NCBI GenBank assembly: GCA_951406725.2
Contig: OX597817.1
Coordinates: 47,430,001 to 47,494,000, forward strand
Reading direction: 5' to 3'
Length of the DNA: 64,000 bases
DNA from: Octopus vulgaris
Taxonomy: Eukaryota
This document shows, in pieces, positions 26,237 to 40,000 of the stretch (its first letter is position 1; each line of letters starts with the position of its first letter). Position numbers and translations under genes: made by a program. The notes below the pieces were generated by a model. It did no database searches, was not told where the DNA came from, and was given only the letters and a program-made list of their open reading frames with translations.

Positions 26237-27019
26237 CATTTTTACTACAAACAGTTGAAGCTACAGTTTTTTTTACTCACAAAATTGATGCAAAAAAAAC
26301 TCCATGTGGTTTATCTTCCAAATTCTAGGTTTAAAATCCACAGCATACACTCAGCAGATACACAGATGCAAATTGCTTTAATATATAAGTTGAGCTGATA
26401 TATGTGAATATAGAATGTGTTGATGATGTTTTGTGCAAAAACAAAATTAACATAATTGCATGTGAAACATCCGTACACAGTTCTCTATTGGCCAGCCATA
26501 GTCTCAACAGCTATTGGATGTTGTTTATGATATTATCAACCAATGAGGAATGACAATTTACAAACACCAGTTGTTCTCTTGCTCTCAGGCATAGATCTTA
26601 GAAACATATTACTTTGTTACCTGTGGTCCCTGGACTTTGCTAGACTGTATTCTCAACATTTGGGATTGTTTTAATTTACTTTACATTTCAACATAACTGC
26701 AAGTAATGTTGTAAACAGTATTTATAGTAAACAGCATGTGACTTAGGCAAGGCATAGATCAAAGGTTGCAGACATAATATTATAAAATATTATAAACACA
26801 AACAAGATGCAGAATTTATCTACTGATGTAAATTATATATAAGAGGCAGAGGTGTGACTGTGAGGCACAGGTGTGGTTGTGTGGTAAGAAGTTTACTTAA
26901 CAGTCTCATGGTTCCAGGTTCGGTCCCAGTGAATACATGTTTGAATATATGTTTGTACCTCCTTGTCTTTACAATGCATGGTACTAGTAAAACAATTGTC
27001 TTTGTCAGGTAAACAGTAA

Positions 27020-27400
27020 CATTCACCTCCAATGTTCTACAAGAACGTGTCTGGAAACAGGTAACACTCGGGAAGTGAGAAAGTCTCTTACATTTCAAGC
27101 CTATGCTCTTCGACAGAAAGGAACACAAAAATGAACAGGAAGAGAAAGTATAAAAAGGTTCAGAGGCTAACGATCTATCATGGTGAATATATATATAGTT
27201 TAAATTTACAGAAAACAGAAGACAAAGACAGGTGAAGGAACAACAAGTGGGTGTATTAGTTTAACAGTCAGGAAGAATGGAGAAGTCTTTGATGTTTCGA
27301 GCCTATGCTCTTTGATGGAAAGAATTAAGAGGAAAAAGAGAGAGAGAGAGAATGAAAAAAATCGAAGAGAAAAAAATATGTAGGGATTGACAGTTCAACA
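27020..27400 (-). mobile_element. Two tandem Penelope-like units with degenerate hammerhead-like motif
   Basis: Reverse complement of the 8415-8610 family; motifs at 27085-27120 and 27285-27322. Confidence 0.5.
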
Positions 27401-27908
27401 TAATGAAAATATATATCATCATATAAATGTATATTATGGTATCAACCAGACTATGGTGTGTTGTTATACAACACTAGCCACAATGTGATTCACGTTTTAA
27501 CTTTCAAATAATGCCACCCAGCTTGGCTAGGCAAGCAGGCCAAGATTCAGCACTGATTAGAGGGCTATTCTGTTGCAGGGCTACCAATTTTGCTCAAGAA
27601 CACAACACCTAGCTTGGTCTAGGAATTGAACCCATGATCTAGCAATCGTGAATGCAACACTCTAGCCACTAGGCTACATGTCTTCACACACACACACACA
27701 CATACACACGCATGGCTAAGTGGTTAGAGTGTGAGGCTTGCAATCATGTGGTAGTGAGTTCAATTCCCAAACCAGGTTGTGTGTCATGTTCTTGAGCAAG
27801 ACAATTAATTTCACATTGCTCCAGTTGATTCTGTGGCAGAAACGAGTTGCACTGTCACCAGTATCAAGCTGTAACGGCCTTTGCCTTTCCTTCGGATGCC
27901 ATCGGTGG

Positions 27909-28271
27909 CATGAAGAGGGGAGGCTTGCATGCATGGGTGACTGCTGGTCTTCCATAAACAACCTTGCCCGGACTTATGCTACAGAGGGGAACTTTCTAGG
28001 TGCAATCCCACCATGGTCATTCATGATTGCAGGGAGTCTCTACCCTTTTACCCTTTATACATATGATGGGCTCTCCCAACAAAGACAACATGAAGAGGCA
28101 AGGCTGGCATGCATGGGCGACTGCTGGTCTTCCATAAACAACCTTGCCTGGACTTGTGACACAGAGGGGAACTTTCTAGGTGCAATCCCACCGTGGTCAT
28201 TCATGACTGAAGGGAGTCTCTACCCTTTTACCCTTTATACATATGATGGACTCTCCTATCAAAGACAACAT
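27909..28271 (+). repeat. 180-bp tandem duplication of a SINE 3' end plus flank
   Basis: catgaagagg at 27909 and 28089; SINE head at about 27710. Confidence 0.9.
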
Positions 28272-28979
28272 ATGATGGTGAGAAGGGCATGTGGCCATAA
28301 GCAAATCTGATTCAACAAAGACAAGACCATCTGAGCCATGCAAGCAATGAAATGTGGATGCTAGATGACAATGATGATGATGATTATGATAATGATACTA
28401 ATGTGTGTGTGTATGTGTATATGTGTGCATGCGTTCACAAGCACACATACACATACATACAGTAAGATGAACTGAAGCATGCAGAATAAAAGCACTCCAA
28501 CCAGAAACCTATTAAAATGTTGATGGTAGATGTATTCTAGGCTAAAAAGATTTCTTGCTCTTGCACACAAGACTTCAAAATAAATAAAGCAGAGAAAGAT
28601 AAACAGAAATTGGCGATATATATTTCTCTCTTTGTCCCTCACTTTCTCTAAGACCATTAGGAATACAAACAGAATTGAAGGTGGCTAACAAGAAAATTGA
28701 AACTCTACTGTGGAGTCAATTTACTGAAAATTCATCACTGCACAATGTAGCCCACCGTTTTAATGATAACAACAATAATAACAATTATATTTGATGGACA
28801 TTTCAATACAAAAGACTTGATTGAGCAGACAAAGAAACTTTTTTTATCTGCCATTTCTTCTATTCACACTTATGCATTTATGGATGGGCATAAGAAATAA
28901 AAATTAGAAAGCAGTTTAATATTTGTCTAAGTGTAGACGTACGCCTAAACGCGATCGTGTGTGGACATATGCGCTGGCA

Positions 28980-29500
28980 TTATATATGTATATGTGTATG
29001 GATGTATGTATGATACATGTATATATATATATCTTCTAATATACACCCACACTCTGTGTGTGCGTGTATATATATATAGATGCGTGTGTGTATGTATGTA
29101 TATATTTATATGTATATATGTACAATTGTGATTCAACATTATTGAAAACCTGTTCCTCATACATTCAAGCAAACATATACACATATACAAATGTATATAT
29201 ATATATATATATATATACACATTTATATATAAAGAAATATATACACACACACAAATGTATATATATACATACAAAATAAATACAAATGTATATATACATA
29301 TATATATAAATATATATATAAATATATATATACAAGCACAATATATATATATATATACACACACACACATATATATATACAAATGTGTATATAAATACAT
29401 ATATATAAATACATATATATATATATACCAATGTGTATATATATATATATACAAACATATATACACACACACACACATACATACACTTTTGCTCGTATGT
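28980..29500. repeat. (TA)/(CA) microsatellite
   Basis: Direct reading. Confidence 0.95.
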
Positions 29501-29944
29501 ATATGTGTCTACACTAATAATTGCAAAATAGGCAAAAAGCTTTGATTTTTGAAAACATCAAAAGAATTTAACAAAAGGAAGAAATAAGAGAGAGTAAACA
29601 AATCACTTTTAAAATTCCAAACAAACAAAAACCATAATTTAAGAGAAATTTCCAATTGTTCTCGACTCTTTACGGATCTATTGACTTGTGAGGTTTGAAA
29701 TACAAGTCTTGTTTGTATAGCTAGTTTTGCTATTGTTGTTTCTCCATTCTATATATTTCTTCTTGTTTTTATAAACCATTAAATGAAGGGAAGAATTTCG
29801 AACAAATTGGTAAGACTGAGACAGAACTGGAAACAGTGAGATGGAGAGAAGACGTGGGGGAGTTTACAGTATAAGTAGGATGTGAAAAGAAATTTTATTC
29901 ATATATATATATAAATAAATCACTCTCCTCTTCATTTTCAATTA

Positions 29945-30705
<761 letters not shown>

Positions 30706-31105
30706 AGAGGAAGGAATAAAGAATGAGAGAGTTTAGAATGAAAAGAAATAAAACTGAGATTAAAATTGTGAGATTGAAGAAGACGGAGCAAAAAGATATT
30801 AAAACAGAACGCTTAAACATTTGCTGGTTAATTTCAAAAGAAATAATACGGATGCTAACAATGATGAAGATGACAATAAAGACAAAGTTGATAAATAATG
30901 ATTTCCAGGCAGAATACCACATGAAACCCAAAAGTAGCAGAGACTTTGGTAAGTCTATAATAGAAGATAGCTAACCAGGGTGCCGTGCAGTGGGAATGAA
31001 CCTGAAACCATGTGGTTGGAAAGCAAACTTGTTACCACACAGTCATTCTGACAAATTTGGATGCACATCATATCCCAACCCTCTCATATGTCTACACTTT
31101 CATTA

Positions 31106-31824
31106 TCTTTATATATATAAAACTAAGAATGTGTGTCTGTCTGTCTGTCTGTGTGTTTCCCTAAAACTTGAGAACTACACAACCAATTTCATTCAAATTT
31201 TACACATGCCTTACTTAGGGTCCATGTAGTTTCATGGGCAAAAATAATGTTCAACTTCTTGCCTAGAGCGAGCCCATAGCAATATCATATCTTCTCCACT
31301 ATTTCAGTATTACGTGTTAAAAGTGAAACAAAAATATTTCTCTATTTTATGTCAGATGCTTTCACTTTAACAATAAAAATAATAATAACAATTGAATTAT
31401 ATGTAGTAAGTAATAATTAAAATCAAACTAAAGTATAATATAATCGTAACATAAAAAAAAGTAAAAATAGCAATTGGTATAAAATTGCATCAATGATTTG
31501 AACTTGAATAAGTGGTTTCACATGAATGAGAATTAAATTAAAAATAAAATTAGCGTGCAGAAATGGAATAGTCCAGATGGATAATAAAAAATTAAATTAA
31601 AGAAAAGACAATTGTCTATAAAGTATACAATGTAGAGAAAAAAGAAGAGCTAACAATTCCAGTCTGTTATATATTTTGAGTATTGTTATCACTAGCGATA
31701 TCAAGATATAACTTTGTATTTTGCATTTTATGTGGAGATGTATATATATAGATGTACACATATATATACACATATATACATGCACTAGCACTATGACCCG
31801 GCAACGACGGGTCTTTAATGCTAG
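31106..31824 (+). mobile_element. Non-autonomous Helitron
   Basis: A|TC 5' end, (gtct)n tract, 3' hairpin gacccg...cgggtc, then CTAG|T. Confidence 0.75.
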
Positions 31825-32429
31825 TACAGTAATAATTCACTTCATGAGGAACCAATTTACAAGACCCTGGGTTTACAAGATTTCTTTTATAATAAATATA
31901 AATAGGTGCTTGAGGAGACCTATTGAGTCAAGTACATCAACATCAAAAAACCAAATGGAAATTGTAGCTGTGATACCTGCGCCGGTGGCATGTAAAATGC
32001 AGCATCCGAACATGGCTTGTTCCATGGCACCAGCACTAGCAAGGCTGGCTACTAACTTGCAAGACTAAAGAGTCCCCTTGACAGAAAGGAACCATAGGAT
32101 ATTGGGTAGTTCTCTGGTGCATGGGGTTGAAAGGTTAACCCCCACAGCATTTAAACTGGCCATATTTGGCCTAAATATTCGACTTGTTTTTATGTTCATA
32201 CCAACTAGATTTGGCCCCTCACACCTATCCTACAATGTCATTCTAAAAATAACAATCACATCATTGAAAACTCAAAGCTATAAGATAACGTATGGTTAAT
32301 TCAAAAGAATGTGAATAAATAAGTGTTCCATTTGAGAGAGTAGTCTGAAAGCGAAAGGGATGAACTGCTCATATCAGGCCTTTCACACCTGCCCTACATC
32401 ATCATTCTAAAAATAAATAATCACATCAA

Positions 32430-32967
32430 GTGAAATTCGATGACGGGCACCCGTGCTAGCGGGGTGCAAAGAGCACCATACAAGCGTGATCATTGACAGA
32501 GTGGCTAACCGGCTTCGTGCCAGTGGCACATAAAAGGCACCATTCGAGTGTGATCGTTACCAGCATCGCATTACTGGCACTTGTGCCCCGTGCTAGTAGG
32601 GTGCTCAGAGCACCATCCGAGCGTGATCGTTGCCAAAGCGGCTAACTGGCTTCCGTGCCGGTGGCATGTAAAAGGCACCATTTGAGCGGGATCGTTACCA
32701 GCATCGCCTTACTGGCACCCGTGCCGGTGGCATGTGTAAAAAGATTTGAGTGAGGTCGTTGCCAGTACCGCCTGGCTGGCCCCCATGCAGGTGGCACGTA
32801 AAGAGCACCCACTACACTCTCGGAGTGGTTGGTGTTAGGAAGGGCATCCAGCTGTAGAAACTCTGCCAGATCAAGACTGGAGCCTGTTGCAGCCATCTGG
32901 TTCACCAGCCCTCAGTCAAACTGGCCAACCCATGCTAGCATGGAAAGTGTTAAACGATGATGATGAT
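32430..32967 (+). mobile_element. RTE long 3' UTR inserted in a family D MITE
   Basis: Colinear with 18590-19155 and 52950-53430; the MITE resumes at about 32968. Confidence 0.85.
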
Positions 32968-34099
32968 CATCAATGAAATCTTGAAGTTACGAGATAATAC
33001 CTAGATTAACTCAAATCAATGTAAATAAATAAATAATAAATATGAAAGAGTAATTAGGAAGGTAATGGGATAAAGCTTGATGGAAATTAGCAGGAACAGG
33101 TTATTGTTGTGGAGGAGAGTCATGGATCTGGAGTAGTACAATATAGGTTGTGGAAAAAGGGAAAGACAAGTGGACTGGGTATGCCTGAGTGGAGGTAGCA
33201 TAAAGACTAGCCAATTCCAAAGAACAATAGTTGTCCTAGCAGCTGTAGAAAAGCCAGAAACCAGGTGCTGTTATGGTACCGACGTCTTTCTTAGCATCAT
33301 TAACATAACTTCTCATTGCTGGTGCCACTGAGCCTCCATACTATATGATCAGTAGTCTGGTGGCTAAACCTTATAACCAAAGTGTTTCACGTGGCATCAT
33401 GCCTGAAGCTGATTCTGATATTTCACTGGCTAGACTAAGCTACATACAAACAAAAAACTTGTACAATTACATGTTGCCTTCCAAAACCAGTGAAAAATGC
33501 TTTGTAATCTACTCTTAAAGAAACGGTAATTCTGAGAGAGCAGCTGCTTCAAAATTTTCTAGACAATATAACTACTCTCTCTCTCCCCCATATATATATA
33601 TATATATATGGTTTAGAATATCAGAAATTTTTTTTTATTTTTTCAGTACCTAGACATTAAGTTGCTAACAAACTCTGCATCTGACATCAACATATAGTCG
33701 GTACATTTCAAGCAAACAATAGCACATGACTGCTATTGAATTTAAAAACAGTTTAGACAAGAAATGGCAATTTATTTTCAAGTTTCTTTTCCTCCATTTT
33801 GCAGTTTATTTGGACTGGAATTTCAAATTTATGAAACTGAATAGTTTATATAAAGTTTTTGACTTTTAAAACAAACATGAAGACAGCTATCATTTCGGCT
33901 GATATACCCTCCAACCTTCATCTTGGGGAAATTTCGAACCTGGGTTCTCATTCCTAAGGTATTTTTCGATATTATTATTATTATTCAGGTCACTGCTATA
34001 GTAGAAAACATTTGCACAAGATACCTTGCAGTGGGATTGAACCACAAATTACATGGTTGTAAAATGAGCGTCTTAACCATACAGCCATGTATCTCTCAT

Positions 34100-34322
34100 C
34101 ATCATCATCATAATATTTATCATCATCGTTTAACATCCATTTTTCATGCTGGCATGAGTTAGACGGTTTGACTGGGGACTGGCAAGCCAGTAGGCTGCAC
34201 CAGGCTTCAATTTGATCTGGTAATGTTTCTACAGCTGGATGCTCTTAATAATGCCAACCACTCTGAGAGTGTAGTGGGTGCATTTTATGTGCCACTAGCA
34301 GAGGAGTCAGTCAGGCAGCACT
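34100..34322 (-). mobile_element. RTE 3' tail continuous with the 64-bp array
   Basis: Reverse complement of family C. Confidence 0.82.
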
Positions 34323-35320
34323 GGCATTGGCCACATTCGGATGGTGCTTTTTACATGTGACAGGTACAGGGGCCAGTGATGAGGATGGCATCGGCCACAT
34401 TCGGATGGTGCTTTTTACATGCGACAGGTACAGGGGCCAGTGGTGAGGATGGCATCGACCACATTCGGATGGTGCTTTTTACATGCGACAGGTACAGGGG
34501 TCAGTGGTGAGGATGGCATTGGCCACATCCAGATGGTGCTTTTTACATGCGACATGTACAGGGGCCAGTGGTGAGGATGGCATCAACCACATTTGGATGG
34601 TGCTTTTTACATGCGACATGTACAGGGGCCAGTGGTGAGGATGGCATCAACCACATCCGGATGGTGCTTTTTACATGCGACAGGTACAGGAGCCAGTGGT
34701 GAGGATGGCATCGGCCACATTCAGATGGTGTTTTTTACATGCGACAGGTACAGGAGCCAGTGGTGAGGATGTAATCGGCCACATTCGGATGGTGCTTTTT
34801 ACATGCAACAGGTACAGGGGCCAGTGGTGAGGATGGCATCAACCACATCCGGATGGTGCTTTTTACATGCGACAGGTACAGGAGCCAGTGGTGAGGATGG
34901 CATCAACCACATCCGGATGGTGCTTTTTACATGCGACAGGTACAGGAGCCAGTGGTGAGGATGCCATCGGCCACATTCAGATGGTGCTTTTTACATGCGA
35001 CAGGTACAGGAGCCAGTGGTGAGGATGGCATTGGCCACATTCGGATGGTGCTTTTTACATGCGACAGGTACAGGGGCCAGTGGTGAGGATGGCATCGACC
35101 ACATTCGGATGGTGCTTTTTACATGCGACAGGTACAGGGGCCAGTGGTGAGGATGGCATCGACCACATCCGGATGGTGCTTTTTACATGCGACAGGTACA
35201 GGAGCCAGTGGTGAGGATGGCATCGGCCACATTCGGATGGTGCTTTTTACATGCGACAGGTACAGGGGGCCAGTGGTGAGGATGGCATCGACCACATTCG
35301 GATGGTGCTTTTTACATGCC
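34323..35320. repeat. Minisatellite, 64 bp x about 15.6
   Basis: Unit ggcatcggccacattcggatggtgctttttacatgcgacaggtacaggggccagtggtgaggat; gaggatggca recurs at 34381, 34445 and 34509. Confidence 0.97.
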
Positions 35321-35423
35321 ATCTTTGTGAAATGAAAAAAAAGTATGCATGCGTGTGTGTATGTGTGTGTGTGAGAGAGAGAGAGAGGGAGAGTAGATTT
35401 AGATATGGATTAAGAAAACTCAC

Positions 35424-35482
35424 GAAGCTGGATCCAATTTCATGGCTGATTCCAAAGAGTCAAAAGCTACAGTACAGAACAC
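35424..35482 (-). CDS. PNPT1: PNPT1 internal exon, 59 nt
   Basis: ttttatattctag|GTG TTC...GCT TC|gtgagt; VFCTVAFDSLESAMKLDPA(S); phase 0 start matches the previous exon; resembles metazoan VLCTVTFDSLES. Confidence 0.95.
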
Positions 35483-35600
35483 CTAGAATATAAAAACAAA
35501 ATCAATTTGTAAGAACTGAAAATATATAAAAAGCAAAATCTATGGTGGGAACATTTCTCAACACCTGAAATATTCATTCATCATTCGTTATTAAGAAATT

Positions 35601-36284
35601 TTGTCGTGTCTAGGGAGGGTCATTATGCTAATATTATTAACACACACACTGGTTCAATTCCACTCCTTTATTATTAGTCAATTGGTTAAATATCTAACTA
35701 ATTAATTAATAATTATATATACATATATGTATGTATATATACATGATATGGGTACAGGACATCACCAACAGAGCAAATAACATGAAAATGAAATACATAA
35801 ACAAACAAGGGAAAAACGAGTGAAATACATGAACAATGAAAAAAAATGGAAAACAGGACAAGTAAACACAGAGAAAGGACTCTTCATCAGTTGTTGGCTG
35901 TCTATCTACTCCTCATTTTGAGCATTCAGCGACAATATGAGTCTTCAAAGACTGTTGCTGCTATAAATTCTAAAACAAAATTTAGGATTTATGGAGGGTC
36001 AAAGTTGGGAACAAAAAAAATGACAGTGGAGACATACAAGGAAACTGAAAGTAAACAAAGCACGGAGGGTCGTTAGACCAGAACGAGAGGAAAATAGTGA
36101 ATGCTGGGAGAAACATTTTTTTGAAAAGAGATAAGATAGAAGATATGACTTACTGTTTAACCAAGTTAAACAAACGATTGATTAATTAGTTAGATATTTA
36201 GACAATTGATTAATAATAAAGTGCTGAAATTGAACCAGGGTGTGAGTTAATAATATTGGCATAATGACTCTCTCCAAACAGAAG
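35601..36284. mobile_element. Element bounded by inverted repeats of about 105 bp, with an internal unrelated repeat
   Basis: 35601-35710 is the imperfect reverse complement of 36178-36284. Confidence 0.7.
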
Positions 36285-36361
36285 ATAGTGTTTTTTTGGT
36301 TTTTTTAATTATGATATATGCAAAATAGTTGAGATGTATTGAGATATACAGATATGGAGAC

Positions 36362-36664
36362 AATTTATTCTCAAGAACAGCGTAAATAGGATAACATCCT
36401 TATAATGCGAAAAAATTTGTCAGCAGTCAGCCATGAAACTTGAACTCACATCTTTGTGATTACCGGTCAAGTGCTAAACTACCCGGTGACAAATTTTTCT
36501 GAAATTTTTGAACTTATAAACTTAGCTTTTTTTATAGGCGTTGTATGTGAAATTCAAATTACGATATATGTAAACATGGCCAATCGCTGACAAATTTTTC
36601 TGCAATATAAGGATATTATCCTATCCATGCTGTTCAAGCATTATTCTGTGATTGAGAATAAATA
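36362..36664. mobile_element. MITE with inverted termini of about 75 bp
   Basis: atttattctcaa...ggataacatccttata...aaatttgtcagc mirrored at the right end. Confidence 0.7.
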
Positions 36665-37187
36665 GGTTTTTTTTTTCTATTTTTTTACATTTAAATATAA
36701 AGAAAACATTACAAACAAAGGGTGTTACCTGTTTCACACAAAGCACAGGTAAAATATACAGACAGCAACATTTTGAAAAGTTACATTCCAGATTTAAAAG
36801 TGTCAAATTTTGCAGTTAGCAACCTCACTGCATATTTTATGCACTAACATTTTGCAAGCCTTTACAACCCTTTTCTTGTTTCTAGCATAATGGCTAGATT
36901 CTTTATGTGAACTCATGTGTCAAAAACAGATTTCATTAATTCTTGGAAAGGTGATTAGACCAATTATAAACACATACACATGCACACACACACACACACA
37001 CACCATCTCTCTCTCTCTCTCTCTCTCATACATTTTTACTCACAACCATATAAAAATATAATTGCAAACCCACAGACAAACCAGAAACAAATTTGGAGCA
37101 GAGAGGGCATGTCATTCATGAATTCACAAATGGTAACAAAAAGACTTTGCCAAACCTGATTGACTCACTGCGCGAATGATTGATTAA

Positions 37188-37661
37188 CCCTTACGGTACC
37201 AACCCGGCTGAAACCGGCTCTGGCTCTGAGCACAGATGTCTTGTTTTCATAAGTTTTGAATTAAAATCTTCCACCAAACCTTAGTCACAATTAATGTTCC
37301 TAACACTAGCTTAATGATTAACTAAGTTATTTTACTAAATTCTTTGTTATTTTTAAAATTAATTGAAAGAAACACAGAGCATCTCAAAATAAATATGGTA
37401 ATAAAAGGGTTAAAATATATAATACAGAAACAATTCTTAACCTTTTTGATACCAACCTGGCTGAAACTGCCTCTGGCTCTGTAATACAAATATTTTGTTT
37501 TCAAATGTTTTGAATTAAAATCTTCCACCAAACTTTAGTCACAATTTATGCTCCTAACACTGGCTTAATGATAACTAAGTTATTTTACTAAATTCTTTAT
37601 TATATTTAAAGTAATTGAAAGAAACATAAAGCATCTCAAAATAAATACAGTAACAAAAGGG
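37188..37661. mobile_element. Two adjacent piggyBac-type MITEs, family E (37188-37409, 37441-37661)
   Basis: Each flanked by TTAA with CC(C/T)TT...AAGGG termini; related to about 10212-10430. Confidence 0.85.
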
Positions 37662-39489
37662 TTAATCAAACAATCAATAAGTTGAGTGGTTAAATAGTCA
37701 GCCAATTGACAAATGCAAAATATAGAAGTGAAAGAGAACCAGTGCATGTGTTTTTTATTGGCATAGTGATGTTTCCAAGATATGACAAAGCTATCTTCAT
37801 ATTACTTAACCAATATTCCGATAAAAGGTATCCAGTGCGTAGAACATGGGTACAAACTCCCTTATAACTAAATAAGTACCTATTTAGCACTGGGGTCAAT
37901 GCAATTAACTAAACCTCATCCCTAAAAATTGCTGGCATTATGCCAAAATTTGGGGTCAATGTAATCAACTCCCCAACTCCCCAGAACTTGCTGGCCTCGT
38001 GCCAAAATTTGAAACCATCATCATTATTATTATTATTATTATTATCGTTATTTTTCCTGCCGTTGCTATTGTTCTTGTTTCAATTAGCATCTATATTCTA
38101 CGTGTAATAACTGACATCACATGTCTACAAATATTACAAATAGAGAATACATTAGCATTTAGTTTTCTCATATTTATTCAGACAACAACTGTTGTCAACA
38201 ACAACAACAACAACAAAAAAAGCAAAGAAGTGAAGGAACTTGTTTATTATTGCAAACAAATAATAATAATAACAACATTGTGATGCTTTATACAAACAAC
38301 ACATAAATACAGCAACAACAATTTCTCTTTATTTTCTTTTTTTTTTAATTTTTATAATTATATTTATTTTATTTTTTTAGAAACTGAAGCCAGAAGGAAG
38401 ATTCGATTCAGTATAATTTTATTTATATTATGCTTTTTGATGATAGATGAAAAAGAATATTGTTTATATTTGCGTTTTCTTTTTTTATTATTTCTCTTAG
38501 TGGAGAATGGCAGAGTTTGTTACATTGTTTATTACGTTTATTATCAGTATTATTTTTTTCACCGCCTTTATACATACTATATACACACATATCTATATAC
38601 GTATATATATTTTATTTTCTGAAGCATCTTACCCCTAAAGGTGTTCTACTACATGGAAATACATTTAACATTATTTGTATGTTTTGATAAGGAAAAGAAA
38701 AATTTATTTTCCACAGTGTCAATTTGTCTTGTTTTTCTGATTCATATGCTGTTCATATTTCATGTTTAACTCTTTCAACTACAACATGCATGTTTTTCAA
38801 ACTAGAAACCTTTGTACATTGGAACAAAGCTGTGTAACAACTGACACCAGATTGTCTACTTCCTTTGAAGCAATCTCCTCTTTATATGATCTGTGCATTA
38901 TAGTTAATCCTTTGGACCTTAGAGAAGGGCATGTTTGTTCTGCATGTAAATGTCATTTGATTCGATTATTCTACAGCAAAATATGAGAGCGTACATAATG
39001 CATAAAGCCTTGGATTTACATGACAGCTTCGATGGAAAATTGTGTTGTTCATTTCTCACCTGGAAAACCTTAGCAACATCTTCACAAAGCAGTTACCAGT
39101 GCAAATCATAATGTAATCAAGGCTCTGATTCTCGGAGAACTTATTACTCCATGTAGGAGATCATCACATACAAAAACCAAATTTTTCTATTCAATAAGTT
39201 ACACAGGATATAAAGGACAGTTTCAAAGAATTTTAAAGGTCCTCTTAACCGTTTAGCATTCAGATTATCCTATCAAATGTAGTACTTATTTATTCAATCA
39301 TTCAATTATGCTTTCAATTAATTATGTACTATCTCGTAGCCTTGACATTTCAATGATGCCATCAGAGGATTACTCATTTTTGCCAGCTGAGTGGACTGGA
39401 GCAACATGAAATGAAGTGTTTTGATCACCTGGTCCAGGAATCGAAACTGTGATCTTATGATCAGAAGTCCAACACCCTAACCACTAAGC

Positions 39490-40000
39490 CAGGGGTGAGG
39501 AAACTTTTTAGTGCAGTGGGCAAAAATTTCCAAAGGAAAAGGTCTGCGGGCGGGGATCACAAATTCTAACTCTTATATCTGTGTAAATCTTGTATATACA
39601 TATACATTAATAAAGATAAATTTAACACATTAAATTAACATGTAACATCTTCATTAATGCTGCCACTGAATTTAGGACATTTATATTACTTATGTGGTAT
39701 TCTATATTTTTCAGCTAGAGTGTAGTTGGGTCTCAAGGAGGTGGTACAAACCTAGCAATATGTGTTTTATTTATAGTGGAACCAAATTTCCATTCAAATA
39801 GCAATTACCAGACGACTTCCATTCGAGTCTAACTGTTTGATAGAAACGTGACCTATGTCGCAAATTGGCATATGACTATTATATAAATTTCATAATTGAA
39901 ATTTTATAATTCTGCACATACGAGTAAATCAGCCCGCGAGTGCAATAGAATGTGCTCCCGGGTGCAATTGAGCCCACAGGCAGCTGTTTCCCCACCCCTA
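39490..40000. mobile_element. hAT-type MITE, 511 bp
   Basis: TIR CAGGGGTGAGGAAAC / GTTTCCCCACCCCTA and 8-bp TSD CACTAAGC (39482-39489, 40001-40008). Confidence 0.92.

Noticed and set aside
27738-28310. 190-aa ORF with an internal repeat
   Set aside because: Runs through a SINE and its 180-bp tandem duplication; no recognisable domain.
34323-35320. CRISPR-like array
   Set aside because: Units are contiguous with no unique spacers, there are no cas genes, and the unit derives from the adjacent LINE tail.
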